A DNA stretch of 63,691 nt from an uncultured Bacilli bacterium (GTDB lineage Bacteria; Bacillota_I; Bacilli_A; RF39; UBA660), in the NCBI GenBank assembly GCA_944332025.1, contig CALVJB010000003.1, positions 1 through 63,691 on the forward strand. Reading direction: 5' to 3'. A program made the position numbers and the translations under genes. The notes beneath the pieces were generated by a model, which had not been told where the DNA came from, did not search any database, and saw nothing but the letters and a program-made list of their open reading frames with translations. Position 1 is the first letter of the stretch, and every line of letters begins with the position of its first letter. This document shows, piece after piece, positions 48,945 through 59,654 of the stretch.

Positions 48945-49799
48945 TTAAACAGTAATTAATGTTTCTTCTAGTATATTAACTATTATTTTAACAGAATCTA
49001 TTACATCAACAAAATCTATACCTTTAGCATATGTATTTTTATTTTGATATTCACTCCATAGCTTTTTAAGAGAATCATTATTGTATAAATCGTCTATAAG
49101 ATTAACAAATTCATCTATATCTATTAAAGTATCTCTCTTTTTAAAAGTGTTCTCGATTGCTTTTACCAATAATTTTTTATCTATAATATCTTCTTTAAAA
49201 TTAAATAACATATAAACATCGTAAAAGTCTTTTAAACGAGTATTTAAAATACCTCTTGAAATAATAGAATGAAACTTTTCTGATAATATTGTTTCAATGT
49301 TATATGCCATAATAGGTATTTTTTTATCTTCAAAAATAGAATTATAACTAAATTTTATCTCTCTAGGAGTTATTTCATCACCAGTTGTTAGTTCAACTGT
49401 AATATATGTTTTATTATTGCCTAATTTTGATAAAATATTTAGTCTAAAACCACCATACTTATCTTCTAACCTAATATCTTTAATACTAATAAGTTCAAAA
49501 GTAACACCATCATCCAAATCAACGCTAAATATTTCCTTAAATATTTCTTTAATTATATTTTCAGAAAGAGGAATACCTTTTACCGTTGCATCCATATCTT
49601 TAGTAGTTCTATCATCACTACCAATAATTGAAGTTAAAACTAATCCACCTTTTAATATAATATAGTTTTTATATTTACTTTTAGAAATTCTTTCTAATAA
49701 TCTTTCAAAATAAAATAATTGAAAGTAAATTTGTGATTTATATGTGCTACCTAATGCTTTTTTGGCAACTAAACTTTTTAATTTATCTTGATTAATTAT
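48945..49799 (-). CDS. AbiEii/AbiGii-family nucleotidyltransferase toxin
   Basis: The first ATG ORF is 48945-49595. The frame stays open upstream and encodes the expected N-terminus (...YFERLLERISKSKYKNYIILKGGLVL...DDRTTKDMD). The SD ggaggtg lies 5-8 nt before ATA/ATT codons at 49799/49796, overlapping the abiEi stop codon. Confidence 0.7.
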   Translation of the reverse strand: MINQDKLKSLVAKKALGSTYKSQIYFQLFYFERLLERISKSKYKNYIILKGGLVLTSIIGSDDRTTKDMDATVKGIPLSENIIKEIFKEIFSVDLDDGVTFELISIKDIRLEDKYGGFRLNILSKLGNNKTYITVELTTGDEITPREIKFSYNSIFEDKKIPIMAYNIETILSEKFHSIISRGILNTRLKDFYDVYMLFNFKEDIIDKKLLVKAIENTFKKRDTLIDIDEFVNLIDDLYNNDSLKKLWSEYQNKNTYAKGIDFVDVIDSVKIIVNILEETLITV

Positions 49800-50389
49800 A
49801 ACAACACCTCCATATATTCTCTTACTTTCTTTTCTACATTTAATTTTTTCGCATATCTCATTAATTTATTAAGATCTTTATTTTTTAATCTTGAATATTC
49901 TTTTAAAGCTTTGGTAAAAACTTCAATATCCATTTTATTTTTATTTTTTATAATATCACAAATAGTTCTTTCTATATCATAAGTTTTAATTTTCATACCA
50001 AAAGGAGACTCTATTTCTATCATACCTAAATCGATAAGCTCTTTTTTTACATAATGAAGAGATACATTAGACATATCTTTATAACAATTACCATACCCAT
50101 AAGGCAAAGTAATATCATACACTAAAGGTATTCTATCAGAAAGATTATGAAGATATAGAGCGGTAGCATCCGAAAAAACAGCTTTCTTACATTTTGAAAG
50201 AATAATATAGAAATCATCAGAAAAAACATTTGGAAAAATATAGTAACCTCTAGATGCTCTAATAAGTTTTTTTTCTTTAACTAAAGATGTTAAAAAACGC
50301 CTGTTTATATTATATTTAGTCAACTCTTTCGTTGTGATATAACCACCATTTCTATTTACAACATTTAAAATTTTTTCTTTTTTTCCCAT
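49796..50389 (-). CDS. AbiEi-family type IV antitoxin / transcriptional regulator
   Basis: 197-aa ORF with an N-terminal wHTH (GGYITTKELTKYNINRRFLTSLVKEKKLIRASRGYY) and an AbiEi_4-like C-domain. Confidence 0.8.
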   Translation of the reverse strand: MGKKEKILNVVNRNGGYITTKELTKYNINRRFLTSLVKEKKLIRASRGYYIFPNVFSDDFYIILSKCKKAVFSDATALYLHNLSDRIPLVYDITLPYGYGNCYKDMSNVSLHYVKKELIDLGMIEIESPFGMKIKTYDIERTICDIIKNKNKMDIEVFTKALKEYSRLKNKDLNKLMRYAKKLNVEKKVREYMEVLL

Positions 50390-50665
50390 GATATCCCACC
50401 TACATCATTATTGTAGCATATGTATTATATTAAGGTAAAGGTATTTTTTCGCGTTTATGCACAAAAAACAAAAAAAATATGCATAAATGCGTAAAGCACC
50501 TATATTTCTTATAGAATAAAATATTTTAAAGTAAAAGCATACAACAATATTAACTCGTGTGTGTTTTTACGTAAATAACTTTTGTTGCTTTTTTTCGCAC
50601 TTTTTATATTTTTTGCGTTTTTTTACAACATGAATCAATAATATATAACTTTATAGTCAATAACT

Positions 50666-50707
50666 AATTTTTATGCACAAATTTATTTTATTTTGTGCAT
50701 AAAAATT
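50666..50707. promoter_or_regulatory. inverted repeat with TTATGCACAAA arms in the abiE upstream region
   Basis: aatttttatgcacaaa-(10 nt)-tttgtgcataaaaatt: 16-bp perfect arms. A third half-site (tttatgcacaaaaa) lies at 50454-50467. Confidence 0.45.
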
Positions 50708-50776
50708 AGAAAAAATAATAAAACAAAAAACATCTATATTTCAAGATATACTGAGCATATACAACCATTTTAAACT

Positions 50777-50811
50777 AAAAACACACACAAACATTGACTT
50801 GTGTGTGTTTT
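50777..50811 (-). terminator. rho-independent terminator of the MFS-like gene
   Basis: aaaaacacacacaa-acattgact-tgtgtgtgttttt, immediately after the stop codon, with a U-run on the minus-strand transcript. Confidence 0.7.
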
Positions 50812-52037
50812 TAGTTTAATTTGCTATATTTCTTTTTCTTTAATATTTTATATATTTCATAAACAATTACTAAGCTAAAACAAGAAAGTCCTAATAAGAA
50901 CACCATTACATAAGTAAGAATATCTTTTAAAAGTATTAAAGTAATTAAACTACTAATTATTAACTTACCTAACTTTCTTGTAAAGTTTAACTTATTTATC
51001 ATAATCTCGTAGTCTTCTTGTTTAGTATTATTAAGTAATAACTCTTTAATATAATTATCAAATGGATCTCTTATAGCAAGGAATAAACAAAAGCCTATAC
51101 TCATTAAGATAATACCAAAGACTTTAAATGGTATAAAGTTACCTATTAAGATAAGTACAAATGATATAAGAATACTATAACCTATAATAGATAATATCTT
51201 ACTTTTATACTTTTCATAGATTGTAATAAAGAAATAATTTGCAACTACTCTAACAATTCGTGAAGCACTAACTATTAAAGTTAATATGATAGAGACATTT
51301 TCTAAAGATAAGAAACTATCTAATTTATATTGAATAAATAACTTACTATTATTTTGTCCTAAATCTATAATTGCATAGCATACTGCAAAAAGAAGTAAAA
51401 TTAAGAACACAAGATGAGTTATTTTAACTTTTCTCTTATCTTTCTTAATTACCTTATTATTAGGAGTTTTAACTTCATATAGAAAATTAACTAAGAAAAG
51501 ATTAATGAGACAAAAAATTAGACAACATATCATAGGTAAATAGTTATTTAAATTAAAAAGAAAACCAGATACAAAGGAAGTAAACATTATAACTATTGCA
51601 TAAATTAAGGAACCTTTGCTTTCATATTCTAAATGTTTATCTTCTTCTTTTAGGAAAGTTAGATTTTTTCTTAATATTACAGTATCCATCTTCTTAAAGT
51701 AAGAATATGATTCATAAAGAATAGAACCTATTAAAATAGTAAAATAATTATTACCAACAGTAATAAGAAATGCTCCTAAGAAAAGAACGGTAACCCCTAC
51801 TCTTACAGAGTTTAAAGCACCTATTTTATTAATTATCTTCATAACTAAAGGATTTAAAATAAGCATAACAAATAAACTAATTGTGGTAAGAGAACTAATT
51901 TCTAAAGCACTTAAGTGTTTTACTTCTGTTAAAAATAAAGTATTGATTGCAATATAGAAAATTAAATCTCCTGAAAGTCCTGCAAATAAAGGATAGATTT
52001 TATTACTTAAGACTATTCTCTTCTTATTTACTACCAT
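50811..52037 (-). CDS. MFS-like polytopic membrane transporter
   Basis: 408-aa ORF with about 12 TM segments. The assignment rests on topology only. Confidence 0.5.
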   Translation of the reverse strand: MVVNKKRIVLSNKIYPLFAGLSGDLIFYIAINTLFLTEVKHLSALEISSLTTISLFVMLILNPLVMKIINKIGALNSVRVGVTVLFLGAFLITVGNNYFTILIGSILYESYSYFKKMDTVILRKNLTFLKEEDKHLEYESKGSLIYAIVIMFTSFVSGFLFNLNNYLPMICCLIFCLINLFLVNFLYEVKTPNNKVIKKDKRKVKITHLVFLILLLFAVCYAIIDLGQNNSKLFIQYKLDSFLSLENVSIILTLIVSASRIVRVVANYFFITIYEKYKSKILSIIGYSILISFVLILIGNFIPFKVFGIILMSIGFCLFLAIRDPFDNYIKELLLNNTKQEDYEIMINKLNFTRKLGKLIISSLITLILLKDILTYVMVFLLGLSCFSLVIVYEIYKILKKKKYSKLN

Positions 52038-52041
52038 AATA

Positions 52042-54642
52042 CTAACTATCCATTCCTATGCTTCTTTTTATCGCTTTAAATATTTCTACTATAAGAATTG
52101 GTGATAATGATAGTAATATAACTATTAACCATTCATTTCCACTTAATACACTAAGTGAGAAGAATTCTCTTATAGGTGTTACAAATAGAACAATCATAAG
52201 AAAGAAAATTGATCCTACCATAGAAAGGAATAACATTTTATTTCTTGGATAATCTTTACTAAATAGAGATGTTATACTTGAACTTTGATTTAGAGAATGG
52301 AATATTTGTGATAGACATAAAACTGTAAAGGCCATAGTCATACCTACATTATAACTATCATCCTGCCCTATAAAGTAAGCGACTAAAGTAATAATTGCAA
52401 GGAATACTCCATAGAAACCTATTCTAAAGACAAGACCACGCTCAAATAGACTTCCCTCTTTAACTGGTTTATGTTTCATAACATTAGGACTTGCTGGATC
52501 TATTCCAAGAGCAAGAGAAGGAAGAGTATCAGTTACAAGGTTGATAAATAAAATATGAACAGCAAGTAAAGGACTTGGTAAGTTAAATAACATAGATATA
52601 AATATAGTTAATACTTCTGCAATATTACCTGCTAGTAAGTATTGTATTACTTTTTGAATATTACGATATACTCTTCTACCTTCTTTAACTGCTGCTTCAA
52701 TAGTTGTAAAGTTATCATCTAATAAAATCATAGCAGCGGCGTCTTTTGCAACATCTGTACCAGTAATACCCATTGCAACACCAATATCAGCTTTCTTTAA
52801 AGCAGGAGCATCATTAACACCATCACCTGTCATAGCAACTATTTCTTTATTTTTCTTTAAGGCATTAACAATTCTAAGTTTATCTTGTGGTGTAACTCTT
52901 GCAAAGACAGAAATATCTTTAATTGTATTACGAAGTTTTAAATCACTCATTCTACTGAGTTCTTCACCATCTACTACTAAATCACCTTTTTTATAGATAC
53001 CAAGGTCTTTAGCAATTGCCTGAGCTGTTAATTTATGATCTCCTGTAATCATAATTACTCTAATACCTGCTTCGTGACAAGTATTAATGGCGTGTTTAAC
53101 TTCAACTCTAGGAGGATCAATTATTCCCATAATACCAATGAAAGTTAAATCTTCTTCTATCGTATCCCCTTCTTTAGGAAGAGTATTAATGTTTTTCATA
53201 GCAAAGCCTAATAGTCTTAACCCCTTACTAGACATAGTGACACAATACTCTTTAATTTTATCCTTATCTTCACTAGTAAGTTTAACTAACTTATCATCAA
53301 CACAAGCATAACTACATACATCTATTAACTCTTCAGGAGCGCCTTTACAATAAAGTAAATATTCTTTTTTATCTTTAATAACAACACTCATTCTTTTTCT
53401 AATAGAATCAAAGGCTTGTTCATATAAAACTTTATTACTTTTTATATCTTTAATATCATAACCATTATTTTTAGCATAAGTTAATAAGCATCCTTCTGTA
53501 GGATCTCCTATTACTTTATCTTTATCAATATAAGCATTATTACAGATGAGAGAACACTTTATTAAGTCATCATTAAAGATATTCTCATCATTTTTATTAA
53601 TAATATCACTATATAAAGTACTCTTTACAACGGTCATCTTATTTAAAGTAAGAGTACCAGTCTTATCAGAACAAATAACAGTGGCACTACCTAAAGCTTC
53701 AACAGCAGGAAGTTTCTTTACTAAAGCATTTTTCTTAGCCATACGAGAAACACCTAAAGCCATAACAATAGTTGCCGTAGCAGGTAATCCTTCTGGTATT
53801 ACAGAAATTGCTAAAGATATAGAAACCATTAATAAAGAGATAAAGTCTTTACCATAAAGTAGTCCTATTATAAATATAAGAATAGCGACTAAAATACCAA
53901 TAATACTTAAGACTTCTCCAACTTTATTAAGTTTTCTTTTTAGTGGTGTATCTAGACTATCAGTATCATTTAACATATTGGCAATAGAACCTACTTCTGT
54001 ATTAGAAGATGTTCCAACTACAACTCCAATAGCAGTACCATAAGAAATAATAGTTGATGAATAAACCATATTAACTCTATCTGCTAAAGTAGTATTTTTG
54101 TCTAAAACTAGACTAGCATCTTTTTCTACAGGAACACTTTCTCCAGTTAGGGATGACTCATCTACCTTTAGGCCATTTTCTTCTATTAATCTAATATCAG
54201 CTGGAACAATATTACCATCTTCTAAATATATAATATCACCAACAACTACTTCTTTAGTCAAAATATTTTGTTTCTTACCATCTCTTATAACAGTAGTATG
54301 AGGAGCATTCATATTTCTTAAAGCAATAATAGCATTCATTGCTTTCTTCTCTTGAATTATACTAATTAAAGAATTTATAAAGATAATTATTAATATAACT
54401 ACCCCTTCTGCTAATTCTCCTAGTATAAAAGAAAGAATTGATGCCAGTAAAAGTATTAAAATCATCTTATCTTTAAGCCCATCTATAACCATTTCTAATA
54501 TAGTTTTAGGCTTCTTAGCTTCTATTTCATTAAAACCATACTCATCTAATCTTTTAGTTACTTCTTTTTCATTTAATCCATCTTTTTTACTACTTAACTC
54601 TTCTAAAATATCATTACTACTTTTAGTATAAGCATCTTTCAA
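52042..54642 (-). CDS. P-type cation-transporting ATPase (P2, Ca2+-type)
   Basis: 866-aa [21 protein letters not shown] and [17 protein letters not shown] motifs. Confidence 0.92.
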   Translation of the reverse strand: MKDAYTKSSNDILEELSSKKDGLNEKEVTKRLDEYGFNEIEAKKPKTILEMVIDGLKDKMILILLLASILSFILGELAEGVVILIIIFINSLISIIQEKKAMNAIIALRNMNAPHTTVIRDGKKQNILTKEVVVGDIIYLEDGNIVPADIRLIEENGLKVDESSLTGESVPVEKDASLVLDKNTTLADRVNMVYSSTIISYGTAIGVVVGTSSNTEVGSIANMLNDTDSLDTPLKRKLNKVGEVLSIIGILVAILIFIIGLLYGKDFISLLMVSISLAISVIPEGLPATATIVMALGVSRMAKKNALVKKLPAVEALGSATVICSDKTGTLTLNKMTVVKSTLYSDIINKNDENIFNDDLIKCSLICNNAYIDKDKVIGDPTEGCLLTYAKNNGYDIKDIKSNKVLYEQAFDSIRKRMSVVIKDKKEYLLYCKGAPEELIDVCSYACVDDKLVKLTSEDKDKIKEYCVTMSSKGLRLLGFAMKNINTLPKEGDTIEEDLTFIGIMGIIDPPRVEVKHAINTCHEAGIRVIMITGDHKLTAQAIAKDLGIYKKGDLVVDGEELSRMSDLKLRNTIKDISVFARVTPQDKLRIVNALKKNKEIVAMTGDGVNDAPALKKADIGVAMGITGTDVAKDAAAMILLDDNFTTIEAAVKEGRRVYRNIQKVIQYLLAGNIAEVLTIFISMLFNLPSPLLAVHILFINLVTDTLPSLALGIDPASPNVMKHKPVKEGSLFERGLVFRIGFYGVFLAIITLVAYFIGQDDSYNVGMTMAFTVLCLSQIFHSLNQSSSITSLFSKDYPRNKMLFLSMVGSIFFLMIVLFVTPIREFFSLSVLSGNEWLIVILLSLSPILIVEIFKAIKRSIGMDS

Positions 54643-54699
54643 TTTTATCTATCTCCTATCTTAGAAAGTATTGTACCAAAAATAAATAGAAATTACTAC

Positions 54700-55317
54700 T
54701 TATTTAGTAATTTCTATTACTTTATTTAACACATCTTTATACTTATCGTAGGCATTCTCGTGGTTTTGAACTAAGAAATCATCTATACTAACCAGTTTAC
54801 TTTCCTTTACATTTTTATTATCTTTAGTAGTAATTATTTCAGCTTCTATTTCTCCTTTACCATTTTTAAAGAGATTTAAAGCATCTTTTGCCTTTACTTT
54901 AACAACACCTAATACTTCATTAGGATCAAATTTAAAACTATCTAAATCTCCTTCAAACAAATCAACATAAACATTCGCTTTCGCTCTATCTTTAATAAGA
55001 GTACCATTTTTCATTTTATCCATACGCCATGGAACAATATCTACAAGTGTTGCATCACTACTATCTATATCAAGACCTATCTCCTCATTTATTTCTCTTC
55101 TAAAGGCATCTTTAATAGTCTCACCTTTTAAAACATGTCCTGATGCTGTCGTATAAAATTTATGACTACTACTTCTTATTTGAAAGTAAACACTACCATC
55201 CATCTCATATAACCAACAATGAACAGTATTATGCCATAGTCCTTCTTTATGAACTTCATCTCGACTCTTATAACCTAAATAATTACCATCTTCATCATAA
55301 TAATCTAAATATTCCAT
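54700..55317 (-). CDS. Nudix hydrolase
   Basis: 205-aa ORF with the Nudix box GHVLKGETIKDAFRREINEEIGL. Confidence 0.8.
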   Translation of the reverse strand: MEYLDYYDEDGNYLGYKSRDEVHKEGLWHNTVHCWLYEMDGSVYFQIRSSSHKFYTTASGHVLKGETIKDAFRREINEEIGLDIDSSDATLVDIVPWRMDKMKNGTLIKDRAKANVYVDLFEGDLDSFKFDPNEVLGVVKVKAKDALNLFKNGKGEIEAEIITTKDNKNVKESKLVSIDDFLVQNHENAYDKYKDVLNKVIEITK

Positions 55318-55329
55318 ATTATCACAACC

Positions 55330-55497
55330 TTACGAATTAATTTTAGCATATTTATGTCTCGTTTTAAAGTGCTTAATCATGGAATTTGCTTTAATTAAAC
55401 CAACAATTACAAGAAAAGGTATAACTATTGTATAGAAAATAATTGTTAAACTAACCCCTATTATTAAAAATATAATATCTTTTAGTCTTTGCTTCAT
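55330..55497 (-). CDS. possible 55-aa small membrane protein
   Basis: The SD aggtga precedes the ATG at 55497. The product is MKQRLKDIIFLIIGVSLTIIFYTIVIPFLVIVGLIK..., one long hydrophobic span followed by a basic tail. It is below the ORF-track size cut-off. Confidence 0.4.
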   Translation of the reverse strand: MKQRLKDIIFLIIGVSLTIIFYTIVIPFLVIVGLIKANSMIKHFKTRHKYAKINS

Positions 55498-55567
55498 TAT
55501 CTATCACCTATCTAGATAATAGCATAATATTAAAGCTTATTTCATTACATTTTTGTTAGAAAAGAAA

Positions 55568-55589
55568 AAGCATTGCCTAAACAATGCTT
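55568..55589 (-). terminator. rho-independent terminator of the surface-protein gene
   Basis: aagcattg-cctaaa-caatgctt: an 8-bp stem followed by a U-run on the minus-strand transcript. Confidence 0.7.
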
Positions 55590-55597
55590 AAATATTA

Positions 55598-56572
55598 TTA
55601 ATTATGAAGTCTTCTGTAAGTTAATGCAACACCTGCAAAACCAACAATAGTTAATCCTAAGAATAAAGCGATTCCATCACTAGTTTCTGGATTTTCTACA
55701 TTTTCAGTAGATGTACCTTCTTCAGTAGTAGTATCTTCTTCTGGTGTTACAGGAACTTCTGGGAAGTCTTTAATTTGTTCACTTATAACTGTATAAGCAT
55801 AAGAAAACTCTTGTAAACCAACATTATCTGATGTAGATTCATAACTCTTATCTTCAGCTTCTATTAATGAGAATTGAATATATTCTGAACTCATATTACC
55901 TACAACAATGTTATCAACTATATCAAATGCTGAATAAACAACACCTGGAGCATATAGTTTAATTGTATGATCATTAATATTAGAACCACTATTTCCGTAC
56001 ATTGCTAATTTACCAAATACTAGTAATTCACCATCTCCTTGATAAATATTTGCACGGTCACGTAATTCCATAGTTCCTGCTTCACTAACATTTACAGTAC
56101 CATTATTAACTAATACACTATTAGCACCACTTGGCATTGCTAGTCTTCCATTAACATATAATTGTGCACCTTCATTTACGGTTAAATTAATTGGAATTAT
56201 AACATCAGGATATACTGATGAAAGATCAGCTTGAACAATGAATCTTTTATCAGGATTAACAACGGTAATTCCATCTACTGTAAAGTTAACCATATCATCA
56301 GTAATAACAGTCATTCCAGGAGTGCCACCATCATTATAAGTAATAGTTAAAGTACCTGATGTAACATTTAGACGTCCATTACGACCAACCCATTCTTCAT
56401 CACCATAAGTTAAAGTATCACCAACGTTTATTTCTAATGGATTACCTGCCATAAGATTAGACATTTCGTCCATTAAGTTATATTCTTGAGCGTTAACGTT
56501 GACTACTCCAAGTGCCATTACCATAACAAATGTAAATGATAATGTAAATAAACCTTTCTTTAAGTTTTTCAC
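55598..56572 (-). CDS. cell-wall-anchored surface protein, probable sortase B substrate
   Basis: 324-aa ORF. Signal peptide ending VNA-QE. The C-terminal sorting signal is NPETS, then a hydrophobic stretch, then YRRLHN. Confidence 0.8.
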   Translation of the reverse strand: MKNLKKGLFTLSFTFVMVMALGVVNVNAQEYNLMDEMSNLMAGNPLEINVGDTLTYGDEEWVGRNGRLNVTSGTLTITYNDGGTPGMTVITDDMVNFTVDGITVVNPDKRFIVQADLSSVYPDVIIPINLTVNEGAQLYVNGRLAMPSGANSVLVNNGTVNVSEAGTMELRDRANIYQGDGELLVFGKLAMYGNSGSNINDHTIKLYAPGVVYSAFDIVDNIVVGNMSSEYIQFSLIEAEDKSYESTSDNVGLQEFSYAYTVISEQIKDFPEVPVTPEEDTTTEEGTSTENVENPETSDGIALFLGLTIVGFAGVALTYRRLHN

Positions 56573-56680
56573 TTCTTTCTCTCCTTCCTTATTTGATAGA
56601 TAGCTATTTACCCTATCTTCGCTATAAGTATACTAGATATTTAGTGTTAGGTCAATATCAAAAAAGATATATTTTTCTAC

Positions 56681-57556
56681 TTATCTCGACTCTTTCTTAA
56701 TTAATTTAGCATGCATAACTACTCTATTCCCAAAATTATCTTTACATGTCGATAGAGTTAATATTTTATCATTTGTATTAACTTCTGCAGAAAAATCTAC
56801 TTCACTTCTAATTTTCATAGTATTTAGAAACTCCCCATAAGCTTCAGTACTATTAAAACTAGGAGTTATATAATAACTTTCTTTAGGAATTGTATAAACA
56901 CTAAATACTTGCCACATAGTGTTTTCTGTAGGAGTAGAAAGTCTTATAATATGATTGTTTTTATTTGTATACCAGGAGCTTTCTAAAATATTTTTTAAAC
57001 TTCCAAACATAGATCCTGTCAATCTACTATGGGCATAAAGAATAGTATTTTGATTAAAGTTAACAGGATCATTACGATAATCCATAAAAACCCATCCTGC
57101 TTCATTTTTAGTTTTATCAAAAGCATGAGTTAAATAATAACTATTATCAGTAGTTTGCACTATAGGATAATTAATGTTTGTTCCCTTTACCTCTATCCAA
57201 CCTACTGTATCAGGATTTTTCTTAAGCAGTTCATTAAAATCAACTTCTAAAAGATTAATTTTTATATAATCCCAATAATCATTAGAAATATCTTCTGGTG
57301 GATTAACATTTTCTGTATTTTCTGTATCTTCTTTTTCTTTTACTTTAGTATCTTTAACTACATCATCAGCAATAGTTTCTATTTCTTTATTATCATTATG
57401 CCATACATATACTTGATAAGCCGAAAAAGCAAAAATACTAATAAAGAAAAGAAGGAACACTACTATTACCCATTTTCTGAATCTCAATTTTTTCTTTTTT
57501 CTTTTCTTTTGTTGATACTCGCTTCTTGATTCCATATCTTTTATCACCTTAATCAA
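56681..57556 (-). CDS. srtB: class B sortase
   Basis: 291-aa ORF with an N-terminal TM segment. The segments VGWIEVKGTNINYPIVQ, NTILYAH and ILTLSTC align with S. aureus SrtB from memory. Confidence 0.85.
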   Translation of the reverse strand: MIKVIKDMESRSEYQQKKRKKKKLRFRKWVIVVFLLFFISIFAFSAYQVYVWHNDNKEIETIADDVVKDTKVKEKEDTENTENVNPPEDISNDYWDYIKINLLEVDFNELLKKNPDTVGWIEVKGTNINYPIVQTTDNSYYLTHAFDKTKNEAGWVFMDYRNDPVNFNQNTILYAHSRLTGSMFGSLKNILESSWYTNKNNHIIRLSTPTENTMWQVFSVYTIPKESYYITPSFNSTEAYGEFLNTMKIRSEVDFSAEVNTNDKILTLSTCKDNFGNRVVMHAKLIKKESR

Positions 57557-57590
57557 TTATATACCAAAAAGTTTTAGAAAAAAAGCCCTA

Positions 57591-59615
57591 TTAGGCTTTT
57601 TCATAATCACATTTACTACATTTAATTTTATTATTTTTAGAAACAAGCATCTCCCCACAGTTTGGACATTTTTCTCCAGTAGGCTTATCCCAATAAGCTT
57701 CTTTACATTTAGGAAAGTTACTACAACCATAGAATATTTTACCACGTCTCGTTTTTCTTTCTAAGATTTTACCATCACATTTAAGACAATTGCATACTTC
57801 AACCACTTGTTTCTCTTCCTTTTTTATGTATTTACATTCTGGATAATTAGAACAAGCGATAAACTCTCCATAACGACCAGTTCTTTTAACTAAAGGGCTA
57901 CCACACTCCGGACACATCTCACCTGTCTCTTCCGCTTCCTTTTTCTCCATATCACTAAAAGCTTTCTTAACACGAGGTTCAAAAACATCATAAAACTCTT
58001 TTAATACTTCATTCCAAACCAAGTTACCATCAGCGATTTTATCAAGTTCTTCTTCCATATTTTTAGTGTATTCTACGTTTATTATATCACTAAAGAACTC
58101 TTGTAGTTTATCAGTTGTCTCTATTCCTATTTCTGTTGGTACAAACTTCTTATCTTCTACTTTTACATAACCACGCATCTTTATAGTATCAATAGTCTTA
58201 GCATAAGTAGAAGGACGTCCTATTCCTAAGTCTTCCATTTCTTTAATAAGCTTAGCTTCTGTATATCTTGCAGGTGGTTTAGTAAAGTGTTGTTCAGATA
58301 AAAGGTCACTTGCTTTATAATCTTTCCCTTCTATAAGTTCAGGAATAATTTTATCTTCATTCTTCTCATAGTCACTATATACTTTTAAATAACCATCAAA
58401 GTTTAAGATACTACCAGTCGCTTTAAACAAATAATCATTGTTATTAAATATTAATGTTGTTTGATCCATAATAGCATCGGCCATAAGAGATGCTAAGGCT
58501 CTTTTATAGATTAAACTATATAGTTTAAACTCATCATTAGATAGATATTGTTTTACTTTTAAAGGTTCTCTTAATATACTAGTAGGTCTAATACCTTCAT
58601 GAGCATCTTGGACATTATCTGTTTTCTTAGCATGCTTAGTATAACCAATATACTTTTTACCAAAGTTCTCTTCTATATAATGAAATGCACTACCTACAAA
58701 TTCATCAGAAAGTCTAATAGAGTCAGTTCTCATATAAGTAATAAGACCAACTGTTTCATCACCTAAATCAATACCTTCATATAATTTCTGAGCGATAGAC
58801 ATAGTCTTTTTAGCAGTAAAGCCTAACTTAGTAGATGCTTCTTGTTGAAGAGTTGAAGTTATAAAAGGAGCTCTGCTTGCTTTCTTTCTTTTCTTTTTTT
58901 CAATACTACTTAAGTTATAATCATCTCCTAAAGCCTCTAATACTTTATTAGCTTCCATTTCATTATGTAACTTAATATCTTCATCTTTATATTTAAATAA
59001 AGAGGCCTCTGTATCTTCTATGATAGCAGTTATTGTAAAGTACTCTTCTGGCACAAAAGCTTCTATTTCTCTTTCCCTATCAACAATAAGTTTTAAGGCA
59101 ACACTTTGTACACGTCCTGCACTTTTCGCTTTTATTTTAGATTGTAATAACTTAGATAATCTAAAACCAATTATTCTATCAAGTATTCTTCTAGTCTCTT
59201 GACTCTTAACTAAGTTATCATCTATTTTAGTAGGATGTTTAATTGCATCAAGTACTTTATCTTTAGTAATTTCATGAAATAATACTCTATCATAATCTTT
59301 ATCTTTAATATTTAAAGCTTCTTTTAAATGCCAAGAAATCGCTTCTCCCTCACGATCAGGGTCGGTTGCAAGTATTACATGACTAGCATCTTTAACGCAC
59401 TTTTTTAACTCGGTAATTATCTTTTTCTTTCCCTTTAATGGTATATAATTAGGCTTAAAACCATTTTCTATATCAACACCAAGACCTAAATGTCCTGTAG
59501 TTGCTAAATCTCTAATATGACCTTGGCTTGCTACTACTTTATAATCATTACCTAAGTATTTTTCAATAGTTTTACTTTTACTAGGACTTTCCACTATAAC
59601 TAAGTTTTTAGACAT
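57591..59615 (-). CDS. topA: DNA topoisomerase I
   Basis: 674-aa ORF with a TOPRIM N-terminus (LVIVESPSKSKTIEKYLG), the catalytic Tyr region and three C-terminal CxxC zinc ribbons. Confidence 0.95.
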   Translation of the reverse strand: MSKNLVIVESPSKSKTIEKYLGNDYKVVASQGHIRDLATTGHLGLGVDIENGFKPNYIPLKGKKKIITELKKCVKDASHVILATDPDREGEAISWHLKEALNIKDKDYDRVLFHEITKDKVLDAIKHPTKIDDNLVKSQETRRILDRIIGFRLSKLLQSKIKAKSAGRVQSVALKLIVDREREIEAFVPEEYFTITAIIEDTEASLFKYKDEDIKLHNEMEANKVLEALGDDYNLSSIEKKKRKKASRAPFITSTLQQEASTKLGFTAKKTMSIAQKLYEGIDLGDETVGLITYMRTDSIRLSDEFVGSAFHYIEENFGKKYIGYTKHAKKTDNVQDAHEGIRPTSILREPLKVKQYLSNDEFKLYSLIYKRALASLMADAIMDQTTLIFNNNDYLFKATGSILNFDGYLKVYSDYEKNEDKIIPELIEGKDYKASDLLSEQHFTKPPARYTEAKLIKEMEDLGIGRPSTYAKTIDTIKMRGYVKVEDKKFVPTEIGIETTDKLQEFFSDIINVEYTKNMEEELDKIADGNLVWNEVLKEFYDVFEPRVKKAFSDMEKKEAEETGEMCPECGSPLVKRTGRYGEFIACSNYPECKYIKKEEKQVVEVCNCLKCDGKILERKTRRGKIFYGCSNFPKCKEAYWDKPTGEKCPNCGEMLVSKNNKIKCSKCDYEKA

Positions 59616-59654
59616 CTAATCCCTTCTTTCATACAAATTTATACATGAGAATTA

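Noticed and set aside
57557-57745. 62-aa ORF overlapping the 3' end of topA.
   Set aside because: It lies in an alternative frame of the topA zinc-ribbon region, has no SD and shows no conservation signal.
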